From an uncultured Pseudomonadales bacterium (GTDB lineage: Bacteria; Patescibacteriota; Microgenomatia; UBA1400; PJMF01), in NCBI GenBank assembly GCA_964491115.1, contig CAZBEW010000002.1, forward strand, positions 62-64,061: 64,000 nt of DNA. Reading direction: 5' to 3'. The notes beneath the pieces were generated by a model. It saw only the letters and a list, made by a program, of their open reading frames with translations. It did no database searches and was not told the origin of the DNA. How positions within the stretch are numbered: the stretch's first letter is position 1; every line of letters starts with the position of its first letter. A program made the translations under genes and the position numbers. Positions 58,095 through 64,000 of the stretch are shown here, in pieces.

Positions 58095-59432
58095 ATGGCA
58101 ACTAGCAGAATTGATCCTAAAATCCCACCTCATGATTTACAAGCTGAGGAGTTTGTTTTAGCAGCTATTTTAATTGATAAAGATGCCATTTTAAAAGTTT
58201 CAGAAATATTGATTGCCCAATCTTTTTATAGCGCAGCTAATAAAGCAATTTATCAGGCAATGCTTGATCTTTATGATAATCGCCAGCCGATTGATGTTAT
58301 TACCCTTAAAAATCAATTAAAAAAACATAAAAAGTTAAGTTTGGCTGGTGGAGTATCGGGGATCAGTCGCATTTCTAATTTATTATCAACCAGCGCAAAT
58401 GCGGCCAACTATGCCGAAGTAGTTCGAGAAAAATACATCAAACGCGAATTAATTGCTTTATCAAGTGATGTAGCTAATTTAGCTTTTGATGAAGGCAAAG
58501 AAATTAGTGAAATTTTAGATAATGCTGAAAAATCAGTGATGGAAATTTCTCAAACACATGCTCGTAAAGATTTCTTGCCAGTTAAACACACTCTTGTTGA
58601 AAGTTTTGATCGTTTAGATGAATTGCAAAAGAGCGGAGGAGAGTTGCGCGGTATGCCGTCTGGTTTTGCTGATTTAGATCGGCAATTAGCTGGATTTCAA
58701 AAATCCAATCTAATCATTTTAGCCGCTCGTCCTGGCACAGGTAAAACAGCTTTAGCAGTTAATATTGCCCAATATTTAACGGTGGTTGCCAAAAAGAAAG
58801 TGGGCTTCTTTTCTTTAGAAATGAGCCGCGAAGAATTAGTTGATCGTCTCTTAACAGCTCAAGCAGATATTGATGCTTGGAAATTAAAAACTGGTCGTTT
58901 AGATCAAGATGATTTTGGGCGTTTGTCCGATGCCATGGGTGTTTTAGCTGAAGCTAAACTATTTATTGATGATACCCCAGGTTTAAGTATCTTTGAGATG
59001 CGCACCAAAGCCCGTCGCTTAATGATGGAGCAGAATATCGACATGCTCATAGTTGATTATCTTCAATTAGCTCATGGTGCCAATCGCGAGAATAGAGTCC
59101 AGGAAGTGGGAGAAATCTCTCAAGGATTAAAAAATATTGCTCGTGAATTAAAAATACCTGTTTTAGCATTAGCGCAATTATCTCGGGCTGTTGAGCAACG
59201 AGGTGAGCGTTCTCCACAATTATCTGATTTGCGTGAATCAGGCTCAATCGAACAAGATGCCGATGTTGTTTTATTTTTATATCGCAAAGAAGAAGATAAT
59301 CGAGAAGAAGTGACACTCAAAATCGCTAAACACCGTAATGGTAGTTTAGGAGACTTAGAATTATTCTTTAAAGGCAATCGGGTGCGTTTTTATGGCATGG
59401 AAATGAAACGTTCTCAAGGAGGCATGGCATAA
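58095..59432 (+). CDS. dnaB: Replicative DNA helicase
   Basis: AARPGTGKT; FSLEM; VDYLQL; QLSR; LRESGSIEQDAD; KHRNG. Confidence 0.97.
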   Translation: MATSRIDPKIPPHDLQAEEFVLAAILIDKDAILKVSEILIAQSFYSAANKAIYQAMLDLYDNRQPIDVITLKNQLKKHKKLSLAGGVSGISRISNLLSTSANAANYAEVVREKYIKRELIALSSDVANLAFDEGKEISEILDNAEKSVMEISQTHARKDFLPVKHTLVESFDRLDELQKSGGELRGMPSGFADLDRQLAGFQKSNLIILAARPGTGKTALAVNIAQYLTVVAKKKVGFFSLEMSREELVDRLLTAQADIDAWKLKTGRLDQDDFGRLSDAMGVLAEAKLFIDDTPGLSIFEMRTKARRLMMEQNIDMLIVDYLQLAHGANRENRVQEVGEISQGLKNIARELKIPVLALAQLSRAVEQRGERSPQLSDLRESGSIEQDADVVLFLYRKEEDNREEVTLKIAKHRNGSLGDLELFFKGNRVRFYGMEMKRSQGGMA

Positions 59433-59497
59433 ATTAACTCAAGTGCGATACAAATCGACCCAATCGATGGCATAAATTAACTCAAGCCTGATATAAA

Positions 59498-59731
59498 TTA
59501 ACCTTGCTGGAAACCAAAAAGTAAATAAATTAAACCGCCAGATAAAAGCATAAAAATTATAAAAAACCCCAGATTCGCTTTTAGATTTTTTTGAGACACA
59601 TCAGCATTGGGATTATCCATGCTGACAATAATGATCACTGAAATAATTACCCAAATCACACCACGAGTGACAATTGACCAAACACTGTCAATTGCGATGG
59701 CTTGTTGAATTAAGTTCTTAATGTTTTCCAT
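59498..59731 (-). CDS. Small two-TM membrane protein
   Basis: Two hydrophobic helices. Confidence 0.65.
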   Translation of the reverse strand: MENIKNLIQQAIAIDSVWSIVTRGVIWVIISVIIIVSMDNPNADVSQKNLKANLGFFIIFMLLSGGLIYLLFGFQQG

Positions 59732-59822
59732 ATTTTCAATCTCAATATTATCATGAAGCATTTTCTTAACAAAAACAAGTCTTTTTACGGTAGAATAAGC
59801 AAGCTTTAGAAAAAAGTCATCA

Positions 59823-59906
59823 GCCGAGATGGCGGAATAGGTAGACGCGTAGGTCTCAAAAACCTATGGAGGCAACTTCATGAGGGTTCGATTCCCTCTC
59901 TCGGCA
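59823..59906 (+). tRNA. tRNA-Leu(CAA), CCA not encoded
   Basis: GCCGAGA/TCTCGGC; anticodon arm TAGGT-CTCAAAA-ACCTA; long variable arm; GGTTCGATTCC. Confidence 0.95.
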
Positions 59907-59911
59907 CGCTT

Positions 59912-60721
59912 ATGTGGCCAACTTTAATTAATTTTGGTTTTTTTCAGTTAAAATCTCTAACACTATTAGCGATTTTAGCTTTATTTTTTGCAGCATTTGT
60001 TTTTTGGCACAAGGGTAAAGAAGAGCATTACGACAATATGGAGTTATTTGATGCTTTTATTCTTTCAGGTGTTTTTGGCGTGGCAATTGGTCGTTTAAGT
60101 TTTGTCTTGTTTAATTTAGCTTTATTTAAAGATAATTGGTGGTTGATTTTTAATCTTAATCAGGCGCCTGGTAATATACCCCTATTAACTTTAGTAGCAG
60201 CTGGTTTTGCTTTATATTTTTTGGCTAAAAAACGCAAATGGGATCCTTTTGAGATTTTAGATTTTTGGGTGACAGCTATTAGTTTGGGGATGATTTTCCT
60301 TTATTTTGGCTTTTTTCTCGCAGGCAGTTATGCTGGGCGTTTTACCAGTTTGCCATGGGGAGTGGTGATGCCGGGTAATTTTGAAAAAAGTCATCCAGTG
60401 CAATTATATTTTGTTGTTTTCTATTTTCTATTATTTAATTATTTACTTAAAGTTGAATATCGCTATCGAACTTTTGAATGGTATCGACGTGGCAGAAAGA
60501 CGGCTCAATCAGGTTTTTTATTATCGACCTTTTTAATTGCCATTGGGTCTTTTTACTTGTTAATGACAGTTGTTTCAGTACCTAGAATGCTTATTGTAGG
60601 TACAGTGATTGACCATTGGGTTTATTTATTATTATTAATTTTTGGTGTAGTTTTACTATTGTCTAGATCTGGATTGACGATCAAAGCCAAACACAAAAAA
60701 CCTCCCCAGATCAATTTATAA
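59912..60721 (+). CDS. lgt: Prolipoprotein diacylglyceryl transferase family protein
   Basis: Multi-TM; GR; TSLPWG; HPVQLY. Confidence 0.8.
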   Translation: MWPTLINFGFFQLKSLTLLAILALFFAAFVFWHKGKEEHYDNMELFDAFILSGVFGVAIGRLSFVLFNLALFKDNWWLIFNLNQAPGNIPLLTLVAAGFALYFLAKKRKWDPFEILDFWVTAISLGMIFLYFGFFLAGSYAGRFTSLPWGVVMPGNFEKSHPVQLYFVVFYFLLFNYLLKVEYRYRTFEWYRRGRKTAQSGFLLSTFLIAIGSFYLLMTVVSVPRMLIVGTVIDHWVYLLLLIFGVVLLLSRSGLTIKAKHKKPPQINL

Positions 60722-60742
60722 TTTTTTGTTGGCAAAACACGT

Positions 60743-61633
60743 ATGGATAAAATCAGAATTATTTTTGAAGATAAAAATCTCATCGTGATTAATAAACCAG
60801 CGGGCTTGGTGGTCAACAGAGCTCTCACTCATAAAAGCGCTACGGTGCAAGATTGGTTGCTCGAATATTTAGGCGAAGCAGTTTTTACTCAGGAAAACAT
60901 CAAGCATCAGCGCGCGCAATGGGCGCATTTGGTTCCTTACAACTTTCAAGCTGATTTTGGCTCACCAGAGGAGATTTGGTTGGCTAGACAAGGCTTAGTT
61001 CATCGTTTAGATAAAGAAACCTCTGGAGCACTATTATTGGCAAAAAACCCCGGTGCTTTAGTAAACCTACTGGCACAATTTAAAGAGCAACAAGTTAATA
61101 AAGAGTATTTAGCTCTGTGTCATGGACACTTTGCCTTAAATCAGGGCAAAATTAGCGTGCCATTGGCTAGAGCGAGAAACGACCGCTTGCGCTTTGCCCT
61201 CAGTGCTACTGGCCGAGTGGCCGAAACTCATTATCAGGTCATTGAGAGATATGATGAATTTTCCTGGGACACTTTGCAGTCGCAACTAGTAATAGATGAT
61301 TCTTCACCAAACAGTAAAAATCTACACAAACTGCTTAAAAGGGGACCACAGCTGTATCAGGGCGGTTTTAGCCTGGTCAAAGCCCAACCAAAAACAGGTC
61401 GCACTCACCAAATTCGGGTTCATTTTGCCTCGATGCATCATCCGCTAATTGCTGACAAAATTTACTCTGGAAGAAAACGTCAGGCCTTGGATCAACTCTG
61501 GTGCCCTCGACATTTTTTACATGCTGCCAGTTTAAAATTTTTTTCGCCAACGGGCCCAGTTTGGGAAAAAAGACAGTCAGTAGAGGTGCCACTGACTGCT
61601 GATTTACAAAAGGCACTAAATTTGTTACAATAA
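60743..61633 (+). CDS. RluA-family pseudouridine synthase
   Basis: INKPAG; HRLDKETSG; TGRTHQIRVH; LHA. Confidence 0.95.
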   Translation: MDKIRIIFEDKNLIVINKPAGLVVNRALTHKSATVQDWLLEYLGEAVFTQENIKHQRAQWAHLVPYNFQADFGSPEEIWLARQGLVHRLDKETSGALLLAKNPGALVNLLAQFKEQQVNKEYLALCHGHFALNQGKISVPLARARNDRLRFALSATGRVAETHYQVIERYDEFSWDTLQSQLVIDDSSPNSKNLHKLLKRGPQLYQGGFSLVKAQPKTGRTHQIRVHFASMHHPLIADKIYSGRKRQALDQLWCPRHFLHAASLKFFSPTGPVWEKRQSVEVPLTADLQKALNLLQ

Positions 61634-61655
61634 CAAAATATAAGCGAAGAGTGCG

Positions 61656-61754
61656 AATGAGCGTTAAGCTTTTCGTATTCCCAAGCAACGAATCTTGACT
61701 TTTAGTCAAGAGGGAAACCAAGAGAATAGGAAAAGTTGAGCGCTCATTTTTTTA
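61656..61754 (+). ncRNA. Candidate structured RNA/leader of unknown family
   Basis: 25-bp outer stem (61656-61680 with 61724-61748, 2 mismatches), inner perfect hairpin TCTTGACT-TTT-AGTCAAGA, 3' T-tract. Confidence 0.45.
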
Positions 61755-61765
61755 TTAAAGAAAAA

Positions 61766-62377
61766 ATGCAATTTAAACAAATCATTTTTGATCTTGATCC
61801 AGCTAAATATATTGTTCCAAGCTGGGCAGATTTAGACCAGTTGTGTTTTGAACTCGCCAAGCAAATAAATGATGCTGGAGAAGAGTTCGATTTGGTGGTT
61901 GCCTTAGCCAAAGGTGCTTGGCCCATGAGTCGCACTCTTGTCGATTATTTAGCCATGTCCAACTTAGTGAGTTTGGGAATTAGGTTTTACTCGGGAATTA
62001 ACCAGCGCCTCAGTGAACCAGAGGTGTATCAAGATTTGCCAATCAGTGTTAAGGGTAAAAAAATTTTATTGTTCGATGATGTGGCCGACACTGGTGAATC
62101 ATTACTTTTCGCTAGTGATTATCTCTTAGAACAGGGAGCAACAGAGGTCAAAACAGCCACACTTTTTTTTAAAGAACGCTCGGCTATTATTCCAGATTTT
62201 TATGCTAGTCTGGTTGATGCCTGGATTATTTTCCCCTTTGAACTGAGAGAGATGACTAGTTTATTAGTCAATAATTGGCGAGAGCAGGGGATTGATGAAA
62301 CGGTTATTGAGGACAGATTAAGCAAACTCAATTTTTCAGAAAAAATTATTAAGTATTTTTATAAAAAAAGTAATTAG
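61766..62377 (+). CDS. Type I phosphoribosyltransferase (purine-salvage-like)
   Basis: LLFDDVADTGES PRPP motif; PDFY; WIIFPFE. Confidence 0.9.
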   Translation: MQFKQIIFDLDPAKYIVPSWADLDQLCFELAKQINDAGEEFDLVVALAKGAWPMSRTLVDYLAMSNLVSLGIRFYSGINQRLSEPEVYQDLPISVKGKKILLFDDVADTGESLLFASDYLLEQGATEVKTATLFFKERSAIIPDFYASLVDAWIIFPFELREMTSLLVNNWREQGIDETVIEDRLSKLNFSEKIIKYFYKKSN

Positions 62378-62389
62378 AAAGGTTCTAAA

Positions 62390-62647
62390 ATGAGCAAAGA
62401 ACATGTAGCAAATTTAAACCAGCTTTCTCAAGCAGAATTGAAAAAAAAGCTTGAGGGGCTCCCTGAGCCAGAGCTGAGAGAACTGCACCAAGAATCAATA
62501 GATAGTGGTGACTATTCATTACAAATACTGCTTTGTTATGCGCTATTAAAGTATGAAGATAACCAAAGCTTAGCTTTAGATGAGATTACGAGATTAAAAA
62601 GAATTGTAGATGCTAGCGATCACAAAGCCCTAATGTTTAAATCTTAG
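62390..62647 (+). CDS. Hypothetical protein
   Basis: 85-aa ORF with SD-like AAAGG. Confidence 0.65.
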   Translation: MSKEHVANLNQLSQAELKKKLEGLPEPELRELHQESIDSGDYSLQILLCYALLKYEDNQSLALDEITRLKRIVDASDHKALMFKS

Positions 62648-62659
62648 ACTATTTAACTT

Positions 62660-63529
62660 ATGTCAGTCACACTTTTTTCCAACGAGCGCTTTAGTCAAGA
62701 AGAAGGGGTTCGAGCGCACAGAAAAGAGCAATTGCGAGAATTAATGGCTGATTTAAGTGCTCTGGTGATTAATACTGGCAATCAGAAGAAAGCTTTAGCC
62801 CTAGCTGATCTAATCAATCGTTTAACTGGCCAGTTATTAGTTCCTCAAGAGGTAATTTGTTTTTCTGATCCCAATCAAGAACAATGTGCTGTGCGGGCTG
62901 CCGATGTAGCTAAAAGTAAAGTGAGCAACTTAATTAAAGATGTTAAGCAATATCCTGAACATTGCCGAACAGTTGATGGATCGGATAATCAAGATCTTAA
63001 TTTATTGCTCAGTCAATTGGTCTTGTTTGCTGGTTCCGATGTTAATTCCTTTATTTATCAAGAGAATGCTAGTTGGCAGCAAAATCATAAACTATCCAGA
63101 CAATATCCAGAGGGGCTTCCTGAGGAAAAATTTTGGCAGTGGCGCGAACAACTGCGACAAGATTTTTGTTTTCCAAAATCTGGGCAGGTGGTTTTGCGTT
63201 GGGATATTGCTAGTCAATTGGTGAATGGTCGACAGCATACTTTTAGTGACATGATCGAGGTAGTTAGTAAACCAATTGATCCAGAGTTGCTTGACCGTTA
63301 TCTATTAGAAGCATATAAAAACGGCTTAATGTTAGAATCCAATCAACACTTTGCTGCTTTGGAATGCTTAATTGAAAATGGACAGATCATTAGCACTAGT
63401 CATCTGCCTAGAGAACTCGAGGACAAAGGGGCTAGTTTAGCCGATTTTAATACTTTTAATATTTCGCCGGTAATTTTATCTGCTTTTTTACATTCAGTGA
63501 TCAATAATACGCCAGTTTATATCCCATAA
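62660..63529 (+). CDS. Hypothetical protein, possibly divergent Maf/Ham1 (ITPase fold)
   Basis: VINTGNQKK, VAKSKV, FAGSDV echo the Maf/Ham1 motif order. Confidence 0.6.
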   Translation: MSVTLFSNERFSQEEGVRAHRKEQLRELMADLSALVINTGNQKKALALADLINRLTGQLLVPQEVICFSDPNQEQCAVRAADVAKSKVSNLIKDVKQYPEHCRTVDGSDNQDLNLLLSQLVLFAGSDVNSFIYQENASWQQNHKLSRQYPEGLPEEKFWQWREQLRQDFCFPKSGQVVLRWDIASQLVNGRQHTFSDMIEVVSKPIDPELLDRYLLEAYKNGLMLESNQHFAALECLIENGQIISTSHLPRELEDKGASLADFNTFNISPVILSAFLHSVINNTPVYIP

Positions 63530-63728
63530 TAATTTTGTAAATTAGCCCATAATTATATTGGCAACAATTTTAAGAATATTAGCTAGATTTAGCGGAGAAA
63601 TTGACTAGATTTAGCAGAGAAGTGTGGTACAATTTAAGCTCTAATTATTAATTTGGGCCAGGTGCTTATTTTCCTGATCAGACACCCGGGCCATTTTCAG
63701 ACTTAATCTGAAATAAACAAGGAAGTAG

Positions 63729-64000
63729 ATGCCAGAAAGCAAAAAAAATTCCACAGCTAAAAAGGCTGATTCATCTAAAAAGAGTAGTGCTAAAGTAGCA
63801 GCAACTAGTACTGTCAAAAAAGCTGTTGCTAAGAAAGCCAGTGTCAAGAAAGCTAGTGTCAAAAAAGTCGCTGCCACTAAGAAAACTGCCACCAAAAAGC
63901 CCGCTGCCGCCAAAAAACCCAGTGCTGTAAAAAAAGCGGCTCCAGCAGTCAAAGTTGAGGAAAAATCAGCCTCAGCCGTCAAAAAATCAGCTCCAGCCGT
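63729..64000 (+). CDS. Partial protein with histone-H1-like Lys/Ala-rich N-terminus
   Basis: SD AAGGAAG; MPESKKNSTAKK...KKAVAKKASVKKASVKK; open to the window end; extended -10 TGGTACAAT at 63625. Confidence 0.8.
   Translation, partial: MPESKKNSTAKKADSSKKSSAKVAATSTVKKAVAKKASVKKASVKKVAATKKTATKKPAAAKKPSAVKKAAPAVKVEEKSASAVKKSAPA

Noticed and set aside
59426-59486. Two 19-bp direct repeats with a spacer as a mini-CRISPR or att site
   Set aside because: Only two copies, one overlapping the dnaB stop; no integrase; fits the local duplication pattern
56017-59906. tRNAs as island integration sites
   Set aside because: No integrase or duplicated tRNA 3' end was seen; flanking genes look native
61656-61754. 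SRP RNA or hammerhead ribozyme
   Set aside because: No SRP helix-8 CAGG/GNRA/AGCA motif and no CUGANGA core seen on either strand
101-63982. Short antisense/overlapping ORFs in the track (e.g. 101-358, 16618-16980, 47960-48307, 50497-50889, 63641-63982)
   Set aside because: Shadows of longer well-supported genes, with no recognisable motifs
1-64000. Alternative genetic code (UGA recoding as in Gracilibacteria/Absconditabacteria)
   Set aside because: Conserved genes are full length under code 11 and several (topA, mreC, tmk, hpf) end in TGA

Overview
AT-rich bacterial chromosomal segment. The gene content and order (rpsF-ssb-rpsR, prfA-rpmE-hisS, dnaB, fmt/def, mreC-mreD-pbp2, dprA-topA, many lineage-specific proteins with acidic N-termini, near-leaderless genes, tRNAs without encoded CCA) suggest a Patescibacteria/CPR genome, probably Microgenomates-like; this placement is inference. 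The first ~20 kb is accessory. It holds two large orphan proteins and a defence-like island (MazG-like + DUF2075 nuclease-helicase, C5-cytosine MTase with a convergent endonuclease, an unannotated 52-aa hyper-acidic peptide, DUF2779). It also holds a membrane/VIT protein with an N-terminal NusA-like domain. The rest is mostly housekeeping, with two tRNAs (Ala-CGC, Leu-CAA) and an rpsR gene missing from the ORF track. Most notable: (1) a complete His-codon leader-peptide attenuator upstream of hisS; (2) a thymidylate/folate cluster extended with a cytidylyltransferase, a HUP-like/dCMP-deaminase fusion and an HxHxQ HIT protein; (3) a degenerate MreB lacking its ATP-binding motifs; (4) the NusA-NTD membrane fusion next to a site-2 protease; (5) several candidate structured RNA leaders. 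All family assignments come from motif recognition by eye; no searches were run. No CRISPR array, rRNA or transposase was seen.
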